A stretch of 62,997 nucleotides of DNA, counting the filler, from Chiloscyllium plagiosum (taxonomy: Eukaryota), in assembly GCF_004010195.1 (NCBI RefSeq). It is 3 parts of one record of this genome, joined end to end, with 100 filler letters (N's around TTAATTAATTAA, not from the genome) between each part and the next. Parts side by side here need not be neighbours in the genome. Positions count along the whole stretch, not along the records: positions 1 to 28,860 come from NC_057717.1; positions 28,961 to 57,651 come from NC_057717.1; 1 more part is not named here. One strand, written 5' to 3'. Positions 25,723 to 37,329 of this stretch are shown one piece after another (position 1 is the stretch's first letter; each line of letters begins with the position of its first letter). Position numbers and translations under genes: made by a program. A model generated the notes under the pieces. The model was not told the DNA's origin. It saw only the letters and a list, made by a program, of their open reading frames with translations, and made no database searches.

Positions 25723-26536
25723 TCACTTGTCCAATTGTGATAGAGAGATATAAATTTGTGGGGGCCCCGTTTACTGTCACTCAGACCAAGAGCTGCAAAC
25801 TAGCCCCATTGTAGACACTAATCTGATATGAGCATAGTCCCCATATGATCGCAAAAGTTTGCAATACTCCCCATGCTGGGCAGATAGTGCAGTATACTGA
25901 GCAAAAGCATAGCATGGTCTGCACAGCTCTCCAGGTTTGTCTGTCATCGTGTCCAAGTTTATGTTGTTTGAGGTGTTCTGTGCAGCGCATCCAGAAATTG
26001 ATGTCGCAATCCGTTTCAATTGCTCAGTCGACGCCTTTATTCAATATTCCCATTCTTGTAATTTTTCTCTCGATGGTCTCACTCCTCCAGTTCGTCCCAC
26101 TGCCTTGTCTGTTTCTCCATGTTTCCACATGTTCTCAGTTAATTATCTGTTTCTATCTTTTATAAATCTATCTGTTCCTCTGAATTTTTCCCTGGCCTTG
26201 GTTTTTGGCTCCCTAGTGTCTCGGGTGCTGGCATTGTGAAGATCAGAAACAATGAAATGATGTGTCTCGGCCTGTTGTTCTCTTCCCCATATGTCCCATT
26301 TGATGGTTCATGTTGGACAGGAGCATGTCTTTGATACATGCCTTTGAAACTTGGTCAGTGCCAGTCCACTGAAAGTCTGTGTCTGTCTGTCTCGGCTCAT
26401 CGTGTGGTCAGTAACACGAGGAAGCCCCTTGAGTATTATTGTAAAGGATGAGTCATCTATCACCTGTGGCAATGCTTTCACTTTAAAGCAGGTTAATTTA
26501 TTATGTTTTTATTAAGAGAGGTCTTAATGGCTGAAC

Positions 26537-26733
26537 TCTGGATTAGTGGTGCTGGAAGAGCACAGCAGTTCAGGCAGCATCCAAGGAGCAGCGAAATCGA
26601 CGTTTCGGGCAAAAGCCTTTCACCAGGAACGTCGATTTCGCTGCTCATTGGATGCTGCCTGAACTGCTGTGTTGTTCCAGCACCACCATTCCAGAAGCCG
26701 GTTTCCAGCATCTGCAATCATTGTTTTTGCCAC
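26537..26733. mobile_element. Short Penelope-derived fold-back insertion containing a hammerhead motif
   Basis: 68-bp inverted arms 26537-26604 / 26628-26695; flanking direct repeat cttaatggctgaac / cttaatggccggac. Confidence 0.85.
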
Positions 26734-26899
26734 CTTAATGGCCGGACGACCTACTGCAACGATTGAAGTAAATAACTTAGGAGGATTTTAGGTTTGTTTT
26801 TAATCACTCACTTCACATGTACCTTTACTATAAGAAAGTGTTGGCATCCAGGTTAGCATTTTAAAATATTTTGAGGTCATTTGGCCCAACATGTCAACA

Positions 26900-27099
26900 C
26901 TGACCCTCTGAAAAGGAATCCATTCGGATCCATTCCCCCACGAGATCATTCTATATTTCCCCTGTTAAATGCATTTATCCTGCGCATCCCTGAACATTAT
27001 GGGCGACATAGCATGGCCAATTCACCTAACCTGCGCATCTTTCGATTGTGGGAGGAATCCAAAGCACCCGGCAGAAGCAAACGCAGTCACGTGGAGAAT
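26900..27099 (-). mobile_element. Decayed HE1-like SINE fragment
   Basis: Reverse complement resembles the body of the SINE at 27580-27874 (tagcatggccaattcacctaacctgc..catcttt..tgtgggagg). Confidence 0.7.
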
Positions 27100-27579
27100 T
27101 TTGGGCACAAAGGAGGCTTGCAGTAGTTGTTAGTGTCTTTTGCTCCGGTATGAAATTTGTTTGGTTTAAAAAGTGCTTTTGTAGTTATGGCTCCTTCAGT
27201 CACTAAAAGTTTCCTTGAGGTGAAAGAAGTGTCTTTGGTGGTTTTACAAAAGATGAGCAAGGCAAAACTGTTGGAATTAGCAGACAAGCTGGAGTAAAGG
27301 AGAGGGATTTACAGCAATAGCTTGGCATTCAATTCGGTGGAATACCTTCTTAATCTTTGGAAATGTCTCCAGTTCAGTTTCGGATGAGGCAACTTGAATA
27401 TGAAAAGAAATTAAAACAGTTTGAATTATGATTAAAAATGGAATGAAAATAAAAGGAGATGATGACTACAGAGAGTATAAGAGAGAAGAAAAGCAGAAAG
27501 AGAGAGAGTTTCAACTTCTAAACTTAGCAATTAGAGAAGAACGTCGACTGAGAAGGTGGAGATGAAGGTAAAAGTAGGT

Positions 27580-27874
27580 GGGCGGCATGGTGGCACAGTG
27601 GTTAGCACTGCTGCCTCACAGCGCCAGAGACCCGGGTTCAATTCCCGCCTCAGGCGACTGACTGTGTGGAGTTTGCACGTTCTCCCCATGTCTGCGTGGG
27701 TTTTCCCCGGGTGCTCCGGTTTCCTCCCACAGTCACAAAGATGTGCAGGTCAGGTGAATTGGCTATGCTAAATTGCCCGTAGTGTTAGGTTAGGGGTATG
27801 GGTGGGTGGCGGAGCGGTGTGGACTTGTTGGGCCGAAGGGCCTGTTTCCACACTGTGAGTAATATAACCTAATC
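27580..27874 (+). mobile_element. HE1-like tRNA-derived SINE, near full length
   Basis: A-box TGGCACAGTGG, B-box GGTTCAATTCC, CR1-like 3' tail (ggccgaagggcctgtttcc), possible short TSD taggt. Confidence 0.88.
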
Positions 27875-27973
27875 TAGGTTGAATGAGGAAGATAGTGAGA
27901 ATGAACAACCCTATGGTAGCCAAAGGCCTGATGTGGATCTGTTTTCTATACCCAGATATTGTCTAAATGTGAT

Positions 27974-28275
27974 GAGAAGGATATAGAAGGTATTTGCATC
28001 CCTACTGGAGGAGGTATCGGGGAGGGCGGGCGGATGGCAGGGTATGAGAAGGTGAAGAAAGCCATCTGAAGTGCATATGAGCGTGTGCCAGAAGCCTACA
28101 AACAGTGTTTCAGGAATCTAATAAGAGAAGGATATAGAAGGTATTTGCATCCCTACTGGAGGAGGTATCGGGGAGGGCGGGCGGATGGCAGGGTATGAGA
28201 AGGTGAAGAAAGCCATCTGAAGTGCATATGAGCGTGTGCCAGAAGCCTACAAACAGTGTTTCAGGAATCTAATAA
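27974..28275 (+). repeat. Tandem duplication, 2 x 151 bp
   Basis: 27974-28124 matches 28125-28275. Confidence 0.95.
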
Positions 28276-28860
28276 GGGTCCCTGGTTAAACGTACATTGA
28301 GTTTGAAAGTATCAAACAACGTAATTTTGATAGGTGGGTAAGAGCATTAAAGATAGGCACATGACACTGTTAGAGAGATCTTTGCTTTGGACGAGTTCAC
28401 AAATTCACTTCTTGACGTCGGGAGAACTCATGTGGAAGAGCGGAGGAGTTAAAATGTCAATATTAGAAGCTGAAGTGGCTGCTGATGACGAGTTCGTCCA
28501 TCAATCAAGGTTTGGCTTCGGTGAGGGTGAGAAATTGTCGAAAACATAAATCGTTAGGTGGCAAGGGAGACGTCAATCTTATCGAAGATAATTAAGATAG
28601 TTTACAACACGGCAAAAAGGAAATGTTTGAAGGGGAAAGCGAAGTTGAAAACTCACACGATATCACTGAAATAAAGTAGGCCGGAAGAAATCACAACGTT
28701 GATGATTTAGAAAAAAAACAGTGAAGCCGTATGTAGGCAAACAGGATTAGCCATTCAAATGTGTCGAACTGATAAAGGAAAGCACAATAGAAGCTAAAAG
28801 CTTTCAGCAGAGGTTACAACCTGGTCGGAGATTGGTTGAGAAGAATGTGTGAGATCTTTC

Positions 28861-28960
28861 NNNNNNNNNNNNNNNNNNNNNNNNNNNNNNNNNNNNNNNN
28901 NNNNTTAATTAATTAANNNNNNNNNNNNNNNNNNNNNNNNNNNNNNNNNNNNNNNNNNNN
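28861..28960. other. 100-bp scaffold gap with artificial six-frame-stop linker
   Basis: N44-TTAATTAATTAA-N44. Confidence 0.97.
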
Positions 28961-29749
28961 ATTGTTTGATCATTTAAAGCGAGTTGTGTCCTTGAACCCC
29001 AAGATCCTTTTGTAAATTAATGCTGTTCAAGGTTCTATCATTAATCGTGGAAGTTTTCTCAACAGTTGATATCCCAAAGTGCAGCACCTCACATTTACCC
29101 AGATACAGATCAATATGCCATTTCCCCACTCATACCTCCAACTGATCTATATCCCACTGTATCATTCAAAATTATTCTTAAGTATTTTTCTGTGAGCAAG
29201 CCAATTCTGAATCCACACAGCCAAGTCCCTGTAAATCCCATGCATTTTAACCTTCTGGAACAGCCTTAAATAGAGAGTTGCAGTGGTCTGGAAGGTACTG
29301 CCAGGGGTGATGTTGGTGATGGTAGATGCGATAAGGATAGTTAAGAAACATTTCGATATTCACATGAAATGGAAGGAACGAAGGTTTATCGGCCAACGGC
29401 AGGCAGAAGGAATTAATTTTATTTGGCGTCATGTTCAATATAACTTTTAGCAAAATCCGTGCCGACAACATCCACTATTCCAGTCTCACCAATCATCTCC
29501 GTCACCTCTTCAAAAAAATCAAACAAGTTAGTAAACATCATGTGCCCAATAGAACGCCAGGCTGACAGTCCTTAGTTAGGCACTGTTTTTCAAAATAATC
29601 GTAACTCCTATTCATTAGAATTCTCTCCAAAAACTTCCCAAGCACTGATGTGAGATTCATCAGCCGAGACGTTCCTATATTTTTCCTGTTTCCCTTCTTG
29701 AAAAAAAAGAGGACAACATTAGCTATGCGTCAATCTTTCTGAACCTTTT

Positions 29750-30360
29750 TTTTCATTGGATGGAGTATTGAATACAAAAGTTATCAGATCGTTTTACATT
29801 TGGATAAGACTTTGGCCGGCCACATTTGGAACATTGCATTCAGTTCTGTTTGCCTCAATACCAAAACGATGTGGATGCTGTGGCGAGGTTGCAGAGGTAG
29901 TTCACTAGGATGTTTCTGGTGTGGAAGGCACTCGCTGTGAAAAGATGTTGAGGAGATTATGATTACTTTCATTCGAAAGACAGAGGTTGGCGGGAACCTG
30001 ATTGAGGTCTCCAAAACCATAAGATGTACGGACAAAGTGGATCACAAGAAGCAGTTATTTCCATAGTGGGGGAATCAATTACCTGGGGTAACGAGTTCAA
30101 AGCGAGTCGGAAAAAAAGGAGGATATGCGTGGAAAGTTCTGTGCGTAGAGGTTGGTGGGTGCCTGTAATCTGTTGCAAGCAGAGCTGCTAAAGACGGGTG
30201 CGGTAGAGCCATTTAATGGGTAGCAAAACAGATACGTGAATGGGTGGGGAGAAAGGGGGCACAGATGATAGGAAAATATGCGACAGGTACAGATAGAGAA
30301 TCTGGATCAGCACAGGATGGGAGGACCGAAGGGCCTGCTCCTGTGGTGAAACTTTCTTTG
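29750..30360 (+). mobile_element. Decayed CR1 LINE 3' fragment
   Basis: KTLAGHIWNIAFS-type frameshifted reading; 3'UTR gaccgaagggcctg. Confidence 0.8.
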
Positions 30361-30380
30361 TTCTTTGTGCTTTGATGCAT

Positions 30381-30780
30381 GTTCTGTATTGCTGGATTAC
30401 TTTTTAGACCGCAAATACTGCCCTGAGCACGTGATGAGCTCCGACCAGGCTCAGTGGGTTTGGTGGTGTGGCCACCTGTGGGAAGAGAATAGTCTGCCTC
30501 TGTGCTGATCAATCCAACAGGACCTCCGTGTCTCTATCGCCAAATCATTGTGTGATTGTCCCATATATGCCTTGCTCAGGGTTCTGTATTGCTGGATTAC
30601 TCTTTAGACCGCAAATACTGCCCTGAGCACGTGATGAGCTCCGACCAGGCTCGGTGGGTTTGGTGGTGTGGCCACCTGTGGGAAGAGAATAGTCTGCCTC
30701 TGTGCTGATCAATCCAACAGGACCTCCGTGTCTCTATCGACAAATCATTGTGTGATTGTCCCATATATGCCTTGCTCAGG
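30381..30780 (+). repeat. Tandem duplication, 2 x 200 bp
   Basis: 30381-30580 vs 30581-30780, about 3 substitutions. Confidence 0.95.
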
Positions 30781-31829
30781 TTAAACTGTGTAGGCAGCTC
30801 TCAACTGAGAAAGTTCAATCCTGTGCCCGTTGGCCTTTGAAGGTTGGCATCAGTTCCAGGGATCACAGAACATTCAGAGGCATCTCAGAGATGGTGAGTA
30901 CCTCCAGCCATGATAGTTGGGAGAATCGGGCTGGCACATAATGAGAGTGACACCATGGTGTGAGGAGGGTAGCTAATGAGCTGCGTTCGCTCAGATAGCT
31001 CCAGGAAACTAGCTCGTCCTCGTGGAGATAAATCTCTGTCGCAAACAGTTAAAATGGCACTGGGGCACATTATTCTTTAATCTAGCCCAATGAACCGAGT
31101 ATTCTGCTTACTCCGCTTCCAGTTATAAAGCTGCAGAACAAATGCTCATTCAAGGCTCTCCAGCATCTTAACACACGCCAACAACTCATTTACGCGTCCT
31201 TCCAAGAATCACTGGCTCATGTTACAGGATAGTATCGACGTGTGTATATTTCATCTTTCTAAAACCTGTGAACATGCCCTGCTACTGACATTGTCTATCA
31301 ATCTCTCATTTTCTGTCTATTTCCCACAGCCCTCCCATATGTTGGCAATTCAAAGAGTTTCGTGCCATCTCTCTCTGGCAGTGATTTTCACACCCACAAA
31401 CACCCTTTGTCATGGCACAACGGTGATATCGAGCTCTACATGGATGTCTACATGACATCTGTCACTTCCACTATTGGCTGTAAGTTTCCACACGCTGACC
31501 AGTGATGGAACACACTGTTACCCAACAACGCACTGGTGGTGGTATTCACTGCTTTACATACTTGGAGGATAATGATCCTTCTTCATAGATTAAGTGACTG
31601 GCGTTCATTGCACAGCTGTCTTCGTGTGAGTGAATTAAAAAAGACGTGTCTGGGCAGGTTCTGTGTGGTGGATTGATAATGTGATATTGACTGAATGATT
31701 GATTGATTGAGTGTCTTGTGAAACCAAACAGCAGTGAAAGATTTTGCTTATAAGCAGTGCAGACAGGTCATATCAAGCAAGGATATATAGATCAGAAGTA
31801 ATTAGACTGAGGCACAGTTGTTAACTTGT

Positions 31830-32885
31830 AAAGGAAGTGGAATAGGCAAGAGCAATGTTAGGGAGGTCAGCAAAATTTGAGGTGAGAGATTGCATTCATT
31901 CGTCTAATAACAGCCTGGGAGAAATTGTTTCTAAACCACTTCATTAATGTGCTCAGGCTTCTGTATCTTCTTCCTGATGGGATGTGTACAACCCTGACTA
32001 TCACGGAAGCCAACCTGCCATCCAGGAACTCCATTTACACTGCTTATTTCTATGCAAAGTCTGCCAACATGATCAAGTACCACGCCCAAACTAGCTTCTG
32101 TACTTTCTTATGGTCCTATGCACAGCAGTTGCCATACCAAAGGCTTTCTGTTCCGGATAGTCTGCACTCACAGTCCCTGCCTGCACGCGCAGTACAACTG
32201 TGGTTGTGTTGGAAATTTCCAAATAAATGTCATCTACAAATTGGTTGACACCAGCACCACAGTGTTCTTTCAATGGTGCATAAGTTGTTCAGAGTCCTTA
32301 TGGTCACGCCGAATTTGCTGATGCGCCTGAGGAAGAAGAGACGTTGCTGAGCCTTCTTCACCGTTGCATCTACGTGGGAGTTACAGGATACATTGTCGGT
32401 TATCAACATTCTGAGGAACTTAACGCTATTCACCCTTTCAACCTCTGTTCCTTTGATGTGGATGAGGCCATGTCCTGCTCGTTTCTTTCGGCAGTCAAAA
32501 ATTAGTTCTTCAGTTTTGCTGACGTTGAGAGCGAAGTTGTTCTCATTGCATCACGTCAACAAGCCCTCGACCTTATTTCTGCATTTTGCGATGTCCTTTT
32601 CATTTATACTTCCTACTATGGTGCTGTTGTCAGCAAACCTGTCGATGGCATTCCATTGGAAATTGTCAATACAATCACGGTTGTACAGGGCGTGCAGGAA
32701 AGGGCTAAAGGTCCATCCTGCGTGAGCTGCAGTGTTGCGTGTTATCTTGAAAGAGGTGCAGTTACATATTCTTACTGATTGCGATCTGTGAGTCAGGAAC
32801 TGAGAATCCAGTTGCAGTGAGCGGAGACGAGACCAAGGTCATGCAGTTTTGAGACGAGTGTGGAGGGGATAATGGTCTTGATCGA
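31830..32885 (-). mobile_element. Rex1/Babar-like LINE RT 3' fragment
   Basis: KTIIPSTLVSKLHDLGL..CNWILSFLTHRSQSVRI; SHVDATVKKAQQRLFFLRRISKFG. Confidence 0.8.
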
Positions 32886-33565
32886 ACTAACCACTAGCCC
32901 ACTATCCTCTATATGCCTATCCAATGCCCGTTTAAATGCCCATAATGAGGGAGAGTCCACCACTGCTACTAGCAGGGCATTCCATGTACTCACGACTCGC
33001 TGAGTAAAGAACCTACTCCTAACATCTGTCCTATACCTACCACCCCTTAATTTAAAGCTATGCCCCCTCGTAATAGCTGACTCCATACGTGGAAAAAGGT
33101 TCTCATGGTCAACCTTTTGGGGTTTTATCTAAACCCCTCACCATCGTGTATACCTCTATCAAGTCACCCCTAAACCTTCTTTTCTCCAATGAAAACAACC
33201 CCAAGTGCCTCAGCCTTTCCTCATACGATCTTCCTACCATACCAGGCAACATCCTGGTAAATCTCCACTACACCCATTCCAGTGCCTCCACATTCTTCCT
33301 ATAGTATGGCGACCAAAACTGCACACAATACTCCAGATGCGGCCGCACCAGAGTCTTAGAAAACTGCAATATGACCTCAGGACTCCAGAACTCAATTCCT
33401 CTACCAATAAAAGCCTGTACGCCATATGCCTTCTTCACTGCACTATTTACCTGGGTGGCAACTTTCAGAGATCTGTGTACATGGACACCAAGATCCCTCT
33501 GCTCATCCACACTACCAAGTATCCGACCATTAGTCCAGTACCCCGTCTTTTTGTTACTCTTAAAT
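32886..33565 (-). mobile_element. CR1/HER1 LINE 3' fragment
   Basis: RDLGVHVHRSLKV..KTLVRPHLEYCVQFWSP; TRGHSFKLRGGRYRTDVRSRFFTQRVV. Confidence 0.92.
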
Positions 33566-35938
33566 TGCCTCTTCGGCTGATGAGGCAATGCCTTTTTTCT
33601 GTATGCACATCCCTATGATTGAGCCCTCTATGTTTCACTCTATTAATGTTGTAGTATGACCATGCACAGTACATCACGTTGGTGAATTATCACTCTCCTG
33701 GCAGCAGCCGTAGCTTTTTCATTCAGAAGCAGGTAGCCCTTTCCATCCTCGTCGGGTCTCCACTTGGAAAGAAAAGGTGGCCTCTCGTAAAAAGGCCATC
33801 CACTTGATAAACCGCTCAAAGCACTCATCCCCTCAGGGCTTCCCACTGCCAATCAACCACATCAAAATTTCCCGTGTGTACTGAGTGCAATGGGGCCACT
33901 GGGACATCAGGGAGCAGATCATCAGAAAGATGGAGCAACACTTCCCATGTCTGACTGGGTCAGGGTGAACGTTCCAGTACACTCTGTATCACAATATCCT
34001 GTAATCTCTCCGCATTCATGTAATATACACCATTTTCATTCTTATGGAAAATTTACAGGTTCAGAGTTACTCGCCTTATATACCATCTGTCAAATTATTG
34101 TTCATGCTTATCCATTCACAGACTCTTTCCCTCCAATGGATTAATTAGTTCCCTGTCTATCTTCGTGTCATGAAAATTTAGTTCGAACTCATTTGCTCCA
34201 CGTAACTGAACCATTGATATAGATTGCAAATAATGAAGAGCCTAACACTGGTCACTATGTCACTGCAGTGATGGAGTTCTGTTAAACTTTAAAACACTAA
34301 TTTTTGCCAGTTGACAATATCTTCAATATGAGGCCGAGACGTTCCCTCCACCAGGACTGTTTGCTGGGTGCTTCTACAGACACTGGTAAGGATATATCCA
34401 TCTGTATCAAGTGGTTTGTGAGAATGGTTTCCTCTTGTTGATTCACCCATCAATTCCCACAGTCTGGCTACTGTATATCTGCGCCGTGTCCCTGCTCAGT
34501 CAGTGGTGGCCCCGTGGAGACACTCTCGGTGATGGACATTGAACTCCCACATACATATTACGTCATGTGCCCTTGTCAACTTAGTGTTTTCTCTGATTTA
34601 TTTTAACATCAAGGGAAACTGAATTATCACAGAGGACAGTAGATGTTCATCATCAGGTGATTCTTCGACCAACTGTCACCTGCTGCCATGAGATTTTCCG
34701 GCTTCTGGAATCAATGTTGGGGAATTCCACAGTAACACCTTCCCTAACTGCGTCCCGCGATGTCCCCACCACTGGTGGTTCTGTCCTGCCGGTGGACCAG
34801 GATCCAACAAGGAATGGTGATGGGCTTCAACTAACATTTCCCATCGGGTCTGATTCTGTGATAAGATTGTGTCAGACTGTATTCTCACTAATCAAAATAA
34901 TGAATAAACTGAAAAATTAAGCAGGGAATAACAGCATAATAACGGCTTAAAATGAAAGGCACTCTATCGGAATGGGTGTTTAATTCTCAAAGAAGAATGA
35001 GAATTCCAATGCATGCATTGATTGAAATGAATATTTTTTGAAGGCATTAGAGAGGCAGAGCTGCCTGGTATCTGATATGGGGGACGGAATATCTGGAACA
35101 CTGTATAATTAGGAGTGTTTTACAAAAGTGAGGATAGGAGGTTGAGGAGATCTCTGAATAAGGACGATATGATATTTAAGCAAGATCTTACATCAAACGA
35201 TCGTGGTATTCACTTAATCTTATCGGTTTTTTCTGCAAAGAGTCAGTTTACTTGAGTTTGGAGAGAGATTCGAACCTTGAGACTGAGTAGATCTCACCAA
35301 TCGTAATGGGCAGAAGAGCCTTTATGAGATGGATTTTTAGGACTCTCTCACAGTTTAAAACTGACATTTCCCGGAACGTTCTATCCCTGACATGATTTGT
35401 GAAAGGACGAATGTTAGTGGATTGAACAAAAGAGAAGGTCCCGAGGGAAGTGATCCAGTTCCAGAGAGAAGGAGACACTGTTCTGAAGTCCCAACAGGCA
35501 ATTAAATGAGTAAATATGCTTTCCCTGAGTTTTCATTTCTTCAAGACGGAGGATCGCCCTCAACTTAAACTAAAAAACAGCAATTTCCCACCTCCGTTTG
35601 TCTCAAAGGAACAGGGAGAGGACAGCAAGTTTTTCACCCACCAAATTAGGAACTGGAAAGAAGTGACCTATGTCTGCTTTCAGATGATCGAGTGTGCGGG
35701 AATGTCCTAGAAACGTTCTTATGGGGGTGTTGCTGTTTGCTTGGGGAGGCAGGGTTTCTAACGGATTACCTCACATTTCTGTGAATAATTCAGAAGTTAT
35801 CATTTGTCATTTCAGTTCAAATTATTTAAAAAAATCTCGGAATACAGTGAGTCATTTGAAAATCTCTCTCTATTTTCATGCAAACTGATAATTCTGCTTC
35901 CAGGCTGATGGATAGTGTGTTTGTTTCCTTCCTCACAG

Positions 35939-36848
35939 TTAACGTAGTGACGATCTACGTACTGCTTTGTAAAGATTGTGGATTGATTCCATGTATCAGA
36001 CGTTATCTGGGGGTCATGGCAGTGGCAGACCTACTGGTCATTATCCTGGACCTGGTATTGAGACACATTCCCATCCTTTATTATAAACGGTTTTTTTTTC
36101 GTGAAGTCCATTCCTGTGTGTAATATCCACGCCGTCCTGCTTTATGCAGCCATTGACTGTTCGGTCTGGTTCACTGTCACTTTCACCATTGATCGATTTG
36201 TGGCCATTTGTTGCCAGAAGCTAAAAAGTAAATATTACAGTGAGAAAACAGCGGCTGTGGTTCTGGGAACAGTGACTGTGCTGAGCTGCTTAAAAAACAT
36301 TTTCTGGTATTTTATGTTCACAGCTTGGTATTCCCTGTGGAACTCCCCCTGGTTTTGTAAAGCAAGGCGCAATGCTTCTGTCTCTCCTGTCTGGTTCACT
36401 ATCGAGTTCCTCCATTACATTCTTACTCCGGCGCTTCCATTCCTCCTGATTGTGCTGCTTAATGCCTTCACCGTCAGACACATTTTAGTGACCAGCAGAG
36501 CCCACAGAAGGGTCCGGGCTCGCACCAATGGGAACAGTCAACGTGACACAGGAATGCAAAATCGAAAAAGGTCCATTATTTTGCTGTTTGTGATCTCGGC
36601 CAATTTCATCCTGTTATGGTCAATGTTAATGTTTTTTTTCTATATGGAAACGGGTGTGGTTGTTCGGGGATGCATCAATACATCTGGATACTTTTGTGCT
36701 GGAATTAGGCTTCATGCTGCAGCTCCTCAGTTGCTGCACAAACACCGCGATTTATGCTGTGACCCAGACGACATTCAGACAGCAGCTGAAGAATGTGCTG
36801 CAAAAATCCTTCACCCAAATTCATCAATCAATCAAATTTATTCATTAA
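35939..36848 (+). CDS. GPR139/GPR142-like class A GPCR, exon 2 (TM1-TM7 and C-tail); two +1 frameshifts in poly-T runs (sequencing error or recent pseudogene)
   Basis: Acceptor tttccttcctcacag|TT; VNVVTIYVL, YLGVMAVADLLV (TM2), C..SVWFTVTFTIDRFVAIC (TM3, DRF), TPALPFLLIVLLN (TM5), RKRSIILLFVISANFILLW (TM6), MLQLLSCCTNTAIYAVTQTTFRQQL (TM7/H8), stop TAA at 36846-36848. Frame breaks at T9 36091-36099 and T8 36632-36639. Confidence 0.93.
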
Positions 36849-37329
36849 TCACTCCACCCAGGATTTTCTCCTTTCCGTTCAATTGTTTAAGCAATTTATA
36901 GGCCAGTGAGCCTAACATGGGTAGTGGGAAAAATTCTAGGATCCAGTAAGAAGGACTTTATAGTGGAATATTTAGAAAGGAAAGGCAGAATCCGAAAGAG
37001 CCAGCATGGATTTTGACAGTGAAATCATGGTTGACAAACATGTTGAAATTGCACCCAGTACAGTTGACAAGTGGGAGTCATTCGATATGGTATATTTGGA
37101 CTTTGGAAACATTTGACAAAGTCCTGCAGAACATGGGATTGAATGGACGTATGGAGTTGGGTAGAAAACTGATGTATTCAGGCTATGGTGAAACACGAGG
37201 CACAACTTGCATAGTGTCTCACGCCTACTGTCCTCCTCTTTCTAAGGAAAGAAAGACCATGTGTTGAGGGTCGTCAAGGTAGCTATATTTTTTAAATTTT
37301 CTTTCATTTCATCAATGTCTGTTGGTAAT

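Larger units (their letters stand above)
27187..28860 (+). mobile_element. Gmr1-like Gypsy LTR retrotransposon gag remnant with SCAN-like domain, cut by the gap
   Basis: MAPSVTKSFLEVKEV..KAKLLELADKL; DEKDIE; YEKVKKAI*SAYERVPEAYKQCFRNL; TYIEFESIKQRNFDRWVRALK; homologous to 44974-45339 (minus). Confidence 0.8.

Noticed and set aside
27580..27655. tRNA gene
   Set aside because: A and B boxes belong to a tRNA-derived SINE head that continues into SINE body and LINE-like tail
28905..28916. Palindromic TTAATTAATTAA as a biological site (also 57696-57707)
   Set aside because: Centred in identical 100-bp N gaps; scaffolding linker
35878..35938. ATG at 35878 as the GPCR start (single-exon model)
   Set aside because: Would lack the first half of TM1; the segment contains a polypyrimidine tract and AG acceptor in phase with exon 1
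36640..36901. C-terminus of ORF 36101-36901 (YMETGVVVRG...)
   Set aside because: Out-of-frame after the T8 run; TM7 is in the frame ending at 36848
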